DNA of 64,000 nt from Planctomycetota bacterium. GTDB taxonomy: Bacteria > Planctomycetota > B15-G4. The position numbers and the translations under genes were made by a program. The DNA is taken from assembly GCA_038212275.1 (NCBI GenBank), contig JBBQUR010000010.1:96001-160000 (forward strand), in the 5' to 3' direction. Each line of letters starts with the position of its first letter. Positions within the stretch are counted from its first letter, which is position 1. Shown in pieces: positions 30,638 through 40,474 of the stretch. The notes under the pieces are model-generated. The model saw nothing but the letters and a program-made list of their open reading frames with translations. It had not been told where the DNA came from and ran no database searches.

Positions 30638-31152
30638 TCAGCCAGTGCGACGCTTCCAGTCGCGGACGTACTTCAGTGTCGCGCGCAGTCGGGCCTAATG
30701 GTCCCAGCCTTCATGGAAGGTCTCGAAGAGGTGGATAAGCTGCGGCTCGCTCAGGCCGTAGAGGTGCGCGACGACGGCGTCGAGTTCATGGATGTGGTCT
30801 GCCTGCGTGTCTGGAGCGAGCGGACCGCAGGCGACGCAGACCTACTCGGCCCACGACGCGAATCGATCGTCGGGGCAGGCCGGCTTGGCGTTGAGGGCCA
30901 CCACGCGCGCGGCATCTGGATCGCGCGGGTCAGGCCGCGGCACGGGCATCGGATTGAAGATGAAGTAGTTGAGCTTGATCTCGACAAAGCGGCGCGAGTC
31001 CCAGTCCAGCGGGAGCGAAGCCTGCACTCCAAGCAGGAAGGCCTGATCCTTGACGGTGCCTCGGGGCCAGGGGAGGAACGGACCCTTGTTCGTGATGAAC
31101 ACGTTTGGCGTCACGAGTGCCGTGATCACCGTGCGCGAGTTTGTTCGATCCG
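30638..31152 (-). pseudogene. C-terminal fragment of an Eco57I-like (type IIG/IIL) restriction-modification enzyme
   Basis: RTNSRTVITAL...FLLGVQASLPLDW...RRFVE...ELDAVVAHLYGLSEPQLIHLFETFHEGWD; in-frame TAG at 30842-30844 and 30695-30697; no methyltransferase core upstream. Confidence 0.7.
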
Positions 31153-31330
31153 CCTATAGACCGGGTCGCAAGTCGCCCGGGTTCGCGCGAATCGCCAGCC
31201 CACTCACTCGTGGCCTTCGCCCGCGCAGGGCGCGCGCGCACTGCCCTTCGTCCTGAGGATCCTGAGCCTTTCGGGCACGGCCCGGAGTACAACGTCGACG
31301 TCGGCGAGCAGCTTCGGGAGGGACAAGGGC

Positions 31331-34309
31331 ATGGGCAGGCAACGCAGCGTGGTGCGACTGGCGATCGCGTCGTTCCTCGTGCTGCCCGTGCTCGCGGCCG
31401 GCGCGCCCGCGCAACACGCGCACGGCGCCCCGGACGCGCCCGTGCCGCTGGTGGCCGCACCGGGCGAGGGGCCGCGCGCGCTGGACGGAGTCGCGCAGCG
31501 GCCGGAGGGGCTTGTCGACTGGCGCGTCACGGGGCGCGTGGTGTCGGCGGCGGGCGAGCCGGTGGCTGGCGCGGAGGTCGCTTTCGTCCCGGGCTTTGAG
31601 CAGCTTGTCGTGCGCAGGCAGTGGACGAGGGGCGATGCGGCGGATCACCTGCGCTTGATCGAGTCCCTGGTGCGGACGCGCACCGGGAGCGACGGCCGCT
31701 TCGTGCTGCTGGCGCGCCACCCGCTCGTGAGTGATGCCTACGCTTCCTATCAGTTACGGGGCGAAAGCGCGCTGCGCAACAGTGACCGCCTGGCCGACTG
31801 GAGTTTCCTGCTGCCGCAGAGGAGCCTGGCTTTTCACCCGCAGGTGTTCGTCGCCGCGCGCGGCCACGGCGCCACCGCACGCTTTGCCTCGCTGTGGCAG
31901 GGAGAGGCCGACGTCGGCGAGATTCGCCTCGAGCCGGCGTTCGAGGTGAAGGGTCGGCTGGTGGACGAGAACGGCGCGGGTCTCGCCGGCGCCACGGTGC
32001 TGACGCGCTTCATCGCGCCGGCACGGGACAAGCAGCCTGATGCGGTGCGCCGCTTTTCCGGAAGCGGGCTGGCCTCGCACCTGCAGGCGCGCACCGGAGC
32101 CGACGGAAGCTTCACGCTGGAGGGGCTGCCGCCCGGCAAGCCGAAGTGCGAGGCCGTCACGGCGCAGGGCGTCGCGCTCCGCGTGGACGTGCGCGACGGC
32201 GTGCGCACCGCCTCCGGGGTTGAGCAAGTGCTGCTTGTCGGCACGCGCGACTCGTGGCGCCTCGCGGGCAGCGTGGTCGGCCCCGACGGCGCTGCGATGG
32301 CCGGAGTTCACGTGCGCCTCGGTGCACTCGACGACGCCACGGGTTTCGTGGACCACGACTGGCTGCTCTCCGGGCCGGATGGGTCGATTCCGGATCCGGT
32401 CGGCGCGAACGAGATGCTGACGGATGGCAACGGTCGCTTCACCTTCGACGTGCCTCGCGAAAGAAGGGGCGCGGCGAGACTTCAGGTGAGCGCTCTTGCG
32501 GCCGGTCACGCACCGGTCGTGTATTCATACATCGAACCGGACTCCGGCGACCTGACCCTTCAGTTCGCGCCGCCGGCTGGCCTGCTGCTCGTGGTGCGTG
32601 ACAAGGACAGCGGGCAGGCGCTGCAGGCGCTCGCCGGGCAGGCCATGCTCTTCGGCCCGTCCGATGAAGGTGCGGCCGTGAGCCCCACCGTCGTGCTGGT
32701 CGGCCCGGCGGCGCTCCACGCGGCGAGCGCCTTCGGCATTCAGGGGACACCTGGCGATATCGACCCGGCGGCCTGCCTGCTGGTGGTCGGCATCGTGGGC
32801 GCGGAAACCGCGGTGCAGGTGCAGGCCGTGGGCGGCGGCACGCGCGTGTTCAGGTTCCCCGCACTTGAGAAGCATGGCGCGTTGCAGCACGTGGACCTGC
32901 CGGCCGGTTACACGCTGCACGCGTGGGTGAGCGACGGCATCCGCACCGCCGTGCCGGGAGCCCGACTCACGCTGGAGATGGACTGGGGCTACCCGCGCGC
33001 CGTGCTCTCGGGCTGGACCGACACCGACGGCAGGCTGCACCTGCACGACGTGTACTCGACACGGCACATGGTCTCCATCAGCGCGCCGGGCCACGTCCCG
33101 GTGAGGGGCTTCGAACTGTGGATGACCCCGAAGATCGGCACCTTCACCTTTCCCACTCCGGCCACCGGCGCGATCGCAGGGCGCGTGCACCTGCCGGAGG
33201 GCGTCAGCCCGTCGGGCGTTGTGGTGCAACTCAACTGGCAGAGCCCCGGGCCCGATACCTGGGGGCCGTGGTACGTCGAGCCTGACCACGTCGTGGTCCT
33301 TGCCGGCGACGACGGCCGCTTCCTGGCGACAGGCCTGCCGCACGGCAAGTGGACGGCCACCACCGACGCGGGTGGTTCCGCGGAGACTTCCATCGCATGG
33401 GGCGAGCTCGGCAGCATGGATTTGCGCGTGGCCGAGCCGTCGCTGCTGCGCATCCGTCTCGCCGACGCCGACGGCCAGCCGCTCGAGGGCATTTTCTACG
33501 CCCTCGACGCCGTGACGAAGGACGTCGTGCTCGACGCGCGGACTCGCGCGCCGGCCTACGGCTTTGTCCAAGGCGATGCCAGCGTCGAGGTCCGGCTCAA
33601 GGCTTCAGCCCGCTGCGTCATCCGCGCCATGTTGCCGAGCGGCGTGGTGTACGACACAGAGCCTTTCGCGCTCGAACCGGGCGAAGAGCGCGAGCTCGTG
33701 GTGCGCGTGCCCGACCTCGGCGGGCTCGAGGTGCGCTTCATCGGCGAGGACGGCCTGCCCTGCCCCGCAGCCGGCCTGCTGTTCGACGGCCGGGCTCTGA
33801 CGGCCACCTCGCGCCGCGGAGACATCAGCTGCTACGCGGGCCTGCCCTCCGGCGTGCACGTGCTGCAGGCCGTGAGTGTGGCCGGAAACGAGCATGCCGA
33901 GATCGCGGTGAAGTCCGGGGTGGGCCTCGGGCGCGAGCTCGACGTTTCGGTGCCCGCGCGCGGCGTGGCTCGCGACGTGGTGCTCGTTGCGCCGCGGCCC
34001 GCGCGCGTGACGGTGCGCTGGGATCGGGACCTGTCCGAGTTCGAGTCCGTGTGGGTCAAGGTCGGCCCCACGAACGCTCGCGTCAGCGAATCCGACGACG
34101 ACCCGAACCGCGCGGACGGCGAGCCGGCCATCCGGTCGATCACGGTCGATGTCCTGCCGGGCGAGTACGAGATCCGGGTGGAGCTGTCTGCTCCGGGGCC
34201 CGAGGGGATCAGGGAGCATAGCGTCGTCATCAAGCCCCTCGAGCTGACCACGCTGCAGGTCCGGCTCGCCAGCGGCGAGGAGCACGTGATCGAGCAGCAC
34301 CTGCCCTGA
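31331..34309 (+). CDS. Secreted carboxypeptidase regulatory-like repeat protein
   Basis: Signal peptide; repeated VTGRVV..GEPVAGAEV, TGSDGRF, TGADGSFTLEGLPPG, TDGNGRF, TDTDGR. Confidence 0.7.
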   Translation: MGRQRSVVRLAIASFLVLPVLAAGAPAQHAHGAPDAPVPLVAAPGEGPRALDGVAQRPEGLVDWRVTGRVVSAAGEPVAGAEVAFVPGFEQLVVRRQWTRGDAADHLRLIESLVRTRTGSDGRFVLLARHPLVSDAYASYQLRGESALRNSDRLADWSFLLPQRSLAFHPQVFVAARGHGATARFASLWQGEADVGEIRLEPAFEVKGRLVDENGAGLAGATVLTRFIAPARDKQPDAVRRFSGSGLASHLQARTGADGSFTLEGLPPGKPKCEAVTAQGVALRVDVRDGVRTASGVEQVLLVGTRDSWRLAGSVVGPDGAAMAGVHVRLGALDDATGFVDHDWLLSGPDGSIPDPVGANEMLTDGNGRFTFDVPRERRGAARLQVSALAAGHAPVVYSYIEPDSGDLTLQFAPPAGLLLVVRDKDSGQALQALAGQAMLFGPSDEGAAVSPTVVLVGPAALHAASAFGIQGTPGDIDPAACLLVVGIVGAETAVQVQAVGGGTRVFRFPALEKHGALQHVDLPAGYTLHAWVSDGIRTAVPGARLTLEMDWGYPRAVLSGWTDTDGRLHLHDVYSTRHMVSISAPGHVPVRGFELWMTPKIGTFTFPTPATGAIAGRVHLPEGVSPSGVVVQLNWQSPGPDTWGPWYVEPDHVVVLAGDDGRFLATGLPHGKWTATTDAGGSAETSIAWGELGSMDLRVAEPSLLRIRLADADGQPLEGIFYALDAVTKDVVLDARTRAPAYGFVQGDASVEVRLKASARCVIRAMLPSGVVYDTEPFALEPGEERELVVRVPDLGGLEVRFIGEDGLPCPAAGLLFDGRALTATSRRGDISCYAGLPSGVHVLQAVSVAGNEHAEIAVKSGVGLGRELDVSVPARGVARDVVLVAPRPARVTVRWDRDLSEFESVWVKVGPTNARVSESDDDPNRADGEPAIRSITVDVLPGEYEIRVELSAPGPEGIREHSVVIKPLELTTLQVRLASGEEHVIEQHLP

Positions 34310-34414
34310 GCGAGCTGCCCGGTGGGCAGCGCCGCAGGCCTCCGGTGCTAGACTCCGCGCCTTCCACGTCGCGCCCCGGACCGGGCGCCCCCAACTTGCG
34401 CAGGACTGCCCGAC

Positions 34415-35587
34415 ATGAGCGCCTACCGCGGACTCGACTACATGCACCTCGACGAACTCCTCACCGAGGAGGAAATCATGGTGCGCGACACGACGCGCAG
34501 CTTCGTCACCGAACACGTCATGCCGATCATCGGCGACGCGTACGACAAGGCCGAGTTTCCGCGGCATCTCGTCGCGATGGTGGGCGAGCTGGGCCTGCTC
34601 GGGCCGACGCTTCCCGAGGAATACGGCTGCGCGGGCATGGGTTCCGTGGCCTACGGCCTCATCTGCCAGGAGCTCGAGCGCGGCGATTCGGGCCTGCGCT
34701 CGTTCGTGTCGGTGCAGGGCTCGCTCGTGATGTATCCGATCTTCACCTACGGCACCGAGGAGCAGAAGCGCCGCTGGCTGCCCGAGATGGCGAAGGGCAG
34801 CAAGATCGGCTGCTTCGGCCTCACGGAGCCGGACCACGGCAGCGACCCGGGCGGCATGGTCACGCGCGCCGTCAAGGATGGCAACGAGTGGGTCATCAAC
34901 GGCGCCAAGATGTGGATCACCAACGGCACCGTCGCGGACGTGGCGCTGGTGTGGGCCAAGACCGACGACGGCATCCAGGGCTTCCTCGTCGAAAAGGGCA
35001 CCAAGGGCTTCTCCGCGCCGGAGCAGAAGCGCAAGTTCAGCCTGCGCGCGAGCGTGACCTCCGAGCTGGTGCTCGATCACGTGCGCGTGCCGGACAGTGC
35101 GCGGCTTCCCGGCGTGAAGGGGCTCAAGGGGCCGCTGTCGTGCCTGACCCAGGCGCGCTTCGGCATCGCGTGGGGCGCCATCGGCGCGGCGCAGGCCTGC
35201 TACGACGAGGCGCTGCAGTACACCAAGGGGCGCGAGCAGTTCGGCCGGCCGCTGGCGGGCTTCCAGCTCGTGCAGGCCAAGCTGGCGCACATGGTCACGC
35301 AGATCACGGCGGCCCAGCTCATCGCGTGGCGGCTCGGTCGGTTGAAGGAAGCCGGCAAGATGCGGCCGCAGCACGTCAGCCTTGCCAAGCGCAACAACGT
35401 CGCGCGCGCGCTCGAGATCGCGCGCATGGCGCGTGACATGCTTGGCGCCAACGGCATCACGGCCGAGTACCAGTGCATGCGCCACATGTGCAACCTCGAG
35501 TCGGTGTACACCTACGAGGGCACGAACGACATCCACACGCTCGTTCTGGGCGAAGACGTGACCGGACTGCCTGCATACGCGGGCTGA
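34415..35587 (+). CDS. Acyl-CoA dehydrogenase (glutaryl-CoA dehydrogenase-like)
   Basis: ELERGDSGLRS, GCFGLTEPDHGSDP, NGAKMWITNG, KFSLRASVT, TYEGTNDIH. Confidence 0.92.
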   Translation: MSAYRGLDYMHLDELLTEEEIMVRDTTRSFVTEHVMPIIGDAYDKAEFPRHLVAMVGELGLLGPTLPEEYGCAGMGSVAYGLICQELERGDSGLRSFVSVQGSLVMYPIFTYGTEEQKRRWLPEMAKGSKIGCFGLTEPDHGSDPGGMVTRAVKDGNEWVINGAKMWITNGTVADVALVWAKTDDGIQGFLVEKGTKGFSAPEQKRKFSLRASVTSELVLDHVRVPDSARLPGVKGLKGPLSCLTQARFGIAWGAIGAAQACYDEALQYTKGREQFGRPLAGFQLVQAKLAHMVTQITAAQLIAWRLGRLKEAGKMRPQHVSLAKRNNVARALEIARMARDMLGANGITAEYQCMRHMCNLESVYTYEGTNDIHTLVLGEDVTGLPAYAG

Positions 35588-35613
35588 AGTCCACCGACGG
35601 GAGGGGGCAGGGC

Positions 35614-37029
35614 GTGAGCGAATCATCGGGACGGGGCGGCCTGTGGGTCGCGGTGCTCATCGTCTTGGGCGTGCTCGGCATCGCGGCGTGGATCACGCTG
35701 GGCGGCGGGACGACCGCGCCCGACACGGCGACAGGCGGCCACACGATCACCAAGCCCGCGCCGGGCGAGCCCGCTCAACCGCCGAATATCCGGGCGACGG
35801 AGCTGCCGCCGGTCACGCCCCTCACTCCGTCGACCCAGCCCGCCGCGCGGCCGACCGCCGTCACGCCTGCCACCGCGGGCGCGCCGCTGCCCGCCGGTTC
35901 GCATGTCGTCGCGCGCGGCCACGTCCGCTGGGCCGGCGGCTCGGTGCCCTTCGAGAGCGACGTGAAGCTCATGGACCTTGAGGGCTCCGACGTCGACATC
36001 GCCTACACCGACGCCGACGGCGCCTTCGAGCTGAGCAGCGACGAGCCGCTTGCGGCGGGCTGGAGCTTCGGCACGGATGTCATCGAGCTCAAGGGCAAGG
36101 GAGGCTCGCTGGCTCCGGCGATCGTGTCGGACCTGCCGGCACACGCGGTGGGCGAGCCGCCCGTGGAGCGCGACCTGATCATCGGCTTCGCGCCGGTGCT
36201 CACCGGCCGCGTGGTGGACAAGCTCACGCTGCGCCCGATCGCCGGCGCGGAAGTGCACGTCTCGTCCACGCTCGCGGCCTGGTCCTACGACGGCGTCGAC
36301 GAGCTGACCGACGAAGACGGCCGCTACGTGCTTCCCATCGAAGATCTGCCGCTCACGGGGATGCTCGTCTGGTGCCGCGCCGACGACTATCAGGCCAGCC
36401 TGGTCGGTCCGCTGGACATGCAGCCGGTCGCGTCGCCCACGGACGTCGTGACGCAGGACTTCGCGCTGTCGGGAGCCGTGGTGATGAAGGGCCGCGTCAC
36501 GGATCGTCGCACCGGCGAACCGATCGACGGCGCGACCATCACCGTCGGCAGCCGTTTCGAGGCCTTCCTGGACGCCAACGACTTCGACATCACCGGCGAG
36601 TCGGGCGAGTTCGAGCTGGAAGCCTCGGAGATCCCCTTCGAAGGCGGATGGATCGTGGTCAGTGCGAGCGACTGCGAGGCGAAGCTCGTGCCTCTGGAGC
36701 GCGGCGTCTCCTTCCTCGAGGTGGCGCTGGGCGAAGCCTTCGTCGTGGCAGGCGTCGTCCAGGATGTCGCGGGCCGTGGCGTGCCGCGCGCGCGCGTGGA
36801 GTTCGTGTTTGACGGCGACACGCCGGCCGCCGACCAGGACATGCTGGATCAGGCGGACTGCGATGCGGATGGCCGTTTCGAGGTTACGCTCGAGCAGGTG
36901 CCCGACCAGAATGTGATCGTGCACGTGGATCAGCTCGGCAAGCAGCCCTTCCGCGGCCGGCTCACCGAGATCGGCCGCCTGCTCAACGGCAATCGCTGGG
37001 AGCTCGACATCCGCCTGACCGACGAGTGA
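35614..37029 (+). CDS. Membrane-anchored carboxypeptidase regulatory-like repeat protein
   Basis: GTG start, N-terminal TM segment, repeats LTGRVVD..PIAGAEV, TDEDGRY, GRVTDRRTGEPIDGATI. Confidence 0.7.
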   Translation: MSESSGRGGLWVAVLIVLGVLGIAAWITLGGGTTAPDTATGGHTITKPAPGEPAQPPNIRATELPPVTPLTPSTQPAARPTAVTPATAGAPLPAGSHVVARGHVRWAGGSVPFESDVKLMDLEGSDVDIAYTDADGAFELSSDEPLAAGWSFGTDVIELKGKGGSLAPAIVSDLPAHAVGEPPVERDLIIGFAPVLTGRVVDKLTLRPIAGAEVHVSSTLAAWSYDGVDELTDEDGRYVLPIEDLPLTGMLVWCRADDYQASLVGPLDMQPVASPTDVVTQDFALSGAVVMKGRVTDRRTGEPIDGATITVGSRFEAFLDANDFDITGESGEFELEASEIPFEGGWIVVSASDCEAKLVPLERGVSFLEVALGEAFVVAGVVQDVAGRGVPRARVEFVFDGDTPAADQDMLDQADCDADGRFEVTLEQVPDQNVIVHVDQLGKQPFRGRLTEIGRLLNGNRWELDIRLTDE

Positions 37030-37071
37030 AGCGCTCGCGGTGCGCCGCGCCCTGCAGCCGCGGCGGGCGGA

Positions 37072-39375
37072 CTACTTCACCTTGAGCTTCAGCGTGTAGC
37101 GGCCGCCGGTCAGCCCGCTGTCGGTCACCGTGATCACGTAGACGCCCGCGTTGTTCACGGTGATCTTGGCCTGGCTCGCGCTCGTGCCGTTGGCGCCCTG
37201 CTTCTTGACCTCCGGATAGGTGAAGTCGCCGGGGCCGTCGTCGCTGGCGAAGTCCACCTGCGTCGCGTCCTGCTTGTCTCCCTTGATGGAGAGCGTGAAG
37301 GACTGGCCGGGCGCGAGCTCCAGCGCGAAGCGGTGCTCGGTGATGCCGCCGAGAAACTCCGACGTGAAGTCGAGCGCGAAGCCGGCCGGATCATCAGAGT
37401 TCGCGAAGGTGTAGAGCCGCGAATCGTCGGCAGTGCCGGTGATGCCGTGGCGAAGGAAGGCGCCGAGCAGCTTGCCGGCGTTCTTCGTGCTTCCCTTGCC
37501 CGAGTCGGGCGAGAGCAGGTCTTCCATCATCGATTCGAAGCACTCGAAATAGAAGGTCGCATAGGCGTCGTTCGCATTGCCGAGGTCGACCGTCGGAAAG
37601 CCGGCCTCGTCGTTGCTCTGAGGCCAGCCGCCCAGGCCATCGAGAATCAGCGCGTCCGCGACCTTGGCCTTCAGCGCGGTGCGGGCGCTCCAGAGCGCGG
37701 CGCCGAAGATCTCGCCGGCCTCGTGCTCCTCGGGAAGTCCCCCGTTGCCCAGCGTGTCCTGCAGGTTGTCGGGCAGCGTGAGCGTTGCGTCGAGGTGGCG
37801 CAGCGCGTCGCCCTCCAGCGCGAGGTCGGCGCCGGAGTGCGCCAGCAGCACCGGGCCGATGCGCGCGTCCTTCAGGAAGCTGCCGGCGGCGTAGTCGGCG
37901 ATGGCCTCGTTGACCGCGCGCGACGGCGTGTCGATCGCGCCGTTGCCGAAGGTGAAGCCGGCCTTGTCCACCATGCCGTGCGTGTACTCGTGGCAGACGA
38001 CGGACGGGTCGCGCGAGAAGTCGTCGGCCGGGTCGCCGGTCTGCGAGTCGAAGTCGCCGAAGACGAAGTAGCCGGGAGAGAAGCCGCCGAGGCCGCCGTC
38101 GAGATCCTGCGGCGAGTAGAAGGCGTTGAGGAAGCCGTCGCCGCCGTCGTCGAAGTTCACGACGACGGGGATGCAGGTGTCGGACGCGAGCTCGCCCTGC
38201 ACCTTGCCCAGCCAGGCCGCCATGCGCGTGATCCACTGGTAGGTGTTCACGTGGTCGAAGGCCTCGTACTCCGCGATCGAACCGCCGATCGTCGCGTGGC
38301 TCGTGTCGGAGAACGGGAAGCTGAGCGGCGGCGAGAACAGCACGGCGTCGAGGTCGAACACGGTGGCGTAACGGCCCGTCAGCGTGCCGGCGAGCGCGAG
38401 GGCGGGCGTGCTGACGTCCACCAGCGTGAGCTCCGCGAGGCTCGCGTTGCTCTCCTTGCCGGAGATCGCGTTGCCGACCGAGGTGTAGGCGCTGCCCTTT
38501 CCCTTGCCGGTGGGGAACGGCAACGCCGCGCCGTCCCACACCAGCTGGCCCGTGCCGGATGATCGGTTGTCCTTCACGCCGAGCACGGCGCCCGAACGCG
38601 CGTCGATGTCCACGGCCAGCGGGCGCAGGCCGGCGCGCGTCACCAGCTCCACGCGCTGCACGAGCCGCACGCTGCCATCGGCCGCGACCTGCGCACGGCC
38701 TGCCACGACGGGCGCGGCCATGAGTGCCCCGTCGTCGAGCTGCAGGTGAGCGAGTGCCGCGAGTCGGGCCTCCTCGGCATCCACCGACGGCGGAGTCACC
38801 GCAGCCGTGCCGGGCAGCAGCACGCCGTGCACCTCGCGCACGTGATCCGGAAGCGCGACGACGTCGGCGGGCAGCGCGCCCGCGGCGGCATCGGGCAGAT
38901 CGCCGTCGAGGCGCAGCAGCAGGGCGTGTCCTTCGAGCGGGAAGCCCTGCACCAGCTGGGGCACGCGCACCCAGGTCGGACGTCCCGACGCGTCGCGCGA
39001 GACGATCTCGGTGGCGCCGAACGTGGCGCCCGCGTCACCGTCAAAGAGCGGCGCGAAGCGGCGCGCGAAGTCCGCACCGCGCGCCGGCAGGTCGGTGCCC
39101 GCCATGGTGCCCGCCATGGTGCCCGCCATGGTGAAGGCGAAGTGGCCGCGCAGCCGCGACAGCGCACCGGTGCGGGCGTTCACGCGCAGGCGAGAGCCGG
39201 CTTGCAGCACGGCGAGCTGTCGCCGGATGTCCGGGCGCAGTTCGCGCTGTCCGCGCGGTGCAGCGAGGGCACGGGGCGTGGCGCGCGCGGCGGACTGGGC
39301 GCCGAGCACGGAACTGCACGCCAAGAAGGCGAGCACGAGCAGGGGTTCTCTGCAGCTTCTCATGTCCGCCCTCAT
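37072..39375 (-). CDS. Secreted zinc metallopeptidase (M4/M36-like) with propeptide and C-terminal PPC-like domain
   Basis: FTP/PepSY-like propeptide, NAFY, VVCHEYTHG, NEAIAD, EEHEAGEIF. Confidence 0.8.
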   Translation of the reverse strand: MRADMRSCREPLLVLAFLACSSVLGAQSAARATPRALAAPRGQRELRPDIRRQLAVLQAGSRLRVNARTGALSRLRGHFAFTMAGTMAGTMAGTDLPARGADFARRFAPLFDGDAGATFGATEIVSRDASGRPTWVRVPQLVQGFPLEGHALLLRLDGDLPDAAAGALPADVVALPDHVREVHGVLLPGTAAVTPPSVDAEEARLAALAHLQLDDGALMAAPVVAGRAQVAADGSVRLVQRVELVTRAGLRPLAVDIDARSGAVLGVKDNRSSGTGQLVWDGAALPFPTGKGKGSAYTSVGNAISGKESNASLAELTLVDVSTPALALAGTLTGRYATVFDLDAVLFSPPLSFPFSDTSHATIGGSIAEYEAFDHVNTYQWITRMAAWLGKVQGELASDTCIPVVVNFDDGGDGFLNAFYSPQDLDGGLGGFSPGYFVFGDFDSQTGDPADDFSRDPSVVCHEYTHGMVDKAGFTFGNGAIDTPSRAVNEAIADYAAGSFLKDARIGPVLLAHSGADLALEGDALRHLDATLTLPDNLQDTLGNGGLPEEHEAGEIFGAALWSARTALKAKVADALILDGLGGWPQSNDEAGFPTVDLGNANDAYATFYFECFESMMEDLLSPDSGKGSTKNAGKLLGAFLRHGITGTADDSRLYTFANSDDPAGFALDFTSEFLGGITEHRFALELAPGQSFTLSIKGDKQDATQVDFASDDGPGDFTYPEVKKQGANGTSASQAKITVNNAGVYVITVTDSGLTGGRYTLKLKVK

Positions 39376-39422
39376 CGGCAGGCGGCCGGCATGAGGTGAG
39401 CGATGCCTGGAGGCGCGTCGCG

Positions 39423-39540
39423 GGCCCACGGACGAGGCTCACGCACGGGCCCACGGACGGACTCACGGATAGGCGCGCAGACGGGTGCGCAGACGGGTGC
39501 GCGGTCGGTTGGGCGGTCAGGCGCGCGGTCAGGCGCCCGG
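39423..39540. repeat. Degenerate 12-bp tandem array (about 9 units) at the globin 3' end
   Basis: GGCCCACGGACG / GGTGCGCAGACG / GGCGCGCGGTCA units drifting along the array; the last unit contains the globin stop. Confidence 0.65.
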
Positions 39541-39960
39541 AGCCGCGATGTCCGCCGTGGTGGTTGCGCTGGCCGCGATCATCTGGCCCGCCACGAAGTG
39601 CAGCGCCTCGTCCCAGGTCTGCGAGATCTCCGGCGTCCACGCGGGGCCGCATTCATCCGCCATCGCGGCGAGCATCGACGCCGCGACGTACTCGTAGTGA
39701 CGCGGCTGCACGCCGAGCTGGGCGTGCTGCCGGCCCATCGTCGCCAGCACGGGCGACAGGGTGGCCGGCTTGTCGGCCAGCGAAACGACGGCCGCCACCG
39801 ACGCCATGAGCTTGCGACGCTGCTCGTTGAAGTCCGTGTCCTTGAACATCGGCCGCACCTGCGGATACGTCGCGAAAAGCCGCGCGTAGAAGCGGCGCGC
39901 GAGCGCGTCGGCCGAGGGTTGCAGCGTGGCGAAGGTCGAGCGGAGCAGGGTGATGTTCAT
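39529..39960 (-). CDS. Single-domain globin (flavohemoglobin-type globin domain, no reductase)
   Basis: FYARLFATYPQVRPMF, QRRKL, proximal His in GRQHAQLGV, HYEYV, TWDEA. Confidence 0.9.
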   Translation of the reverse strand: MNITLLRSTFATLQPSADALARRFYARLFATYPQVRPMFKDTDFNEQRRKLMASVAAVVSLADKPATLSPVLATMGRQHAQLGVQPRHYEYVAASMLAAMADECGPAWTPEISQTWDEALHFVAGQMIAASATTTADIAAPGA

Positions 39961-40418
39961 GCTGCGGGGGCGTCCTTGCGGTTGGTGGAGAGAGCGAGGT
40001 TCCGGAGTCCGCCGCGCGGGGCGCGAGGCCGGCACAGGTCGGCGATGGTGGTGCCGGCCAGCGCGCCGTAGAAGGCGTCCTCGGCAGACATGAGCAGCCG
40101 GCGCAGGTCGCAGCCCGGTTCGAGCACGCAGCTCTCGGGCTGCAGCACGCACGGCAGCACGGTGCGCCGGCCTTCGAAGTGCGCGACGACCTTCGAGACG
40201 GTGGCCGCCTTGCCTGCGGCCAGCAGTTCCACGCCGCCGCCGCGGCCCGGGCGCGTGCGCACGTAGCCGGCGCGGACGAGCTCCTGCACGACCTTCACGA
40301 GGTGCTCGCGCGAGATGGCGAAGGCGGAGGCCATCGCGTCGACCGGCGCCGGCGCGCCGGCATAGCCGAGGTAGAGCAGCACGCGGAGGGCGTAGTCGGT
40401 CTGCAGCTTCAGGTGCAT
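39957..40418 (-). CDS. Rrf2-family Fe-S regulator (NsrR-like)
   Basis: QTDYALRVLLYL, HLVKVVQEL, GRGGG, three Cys (C-x6-C-x5-C); ATGA overlap with the globin. Confidence 0.88.
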   Translation of the reverse strand: MHLKLQTDYALRVLLYLGYAGAPAPVDAMASAFAISREHLVKVVQELVRAGYVRTRPGRGGGVELLAAGKAATVSKVVAHFEGRRTVLPCVLQPESCVLEPGCDLRRLLMSAEDAFYGALAGTTIADLCRPRAPRGGLRNLALSTNRKDAPAA

Positions 40419-40425
40419 GGCGCTG

Positions 40426-40456
40426 AACATGGTATTGCGAATACCATGTTTGTCAA
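40426..40456 (-). promoter_or_regulatory. Promoter with an overlapping 11-3-11 inverted-repeat operator
   Basis: AACATGGTATT-GCG-AATACCATGTT (40426-40450); minus-strand TTGACA (40456-40451), 16 bp, TACCAT. Confidence 0.8.
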
Positions 40457-40474
40457 GCGCCGGGTGTCGGGCCC

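Noticed and set aside
30638..31152. Two in-frame TAG codons as possible amber recoding
   Set aside because: The gene is also 5'-truncated and degenerate, and intact genes here (ending at 30602, 37072 and 24454) use TAG as a normal stop
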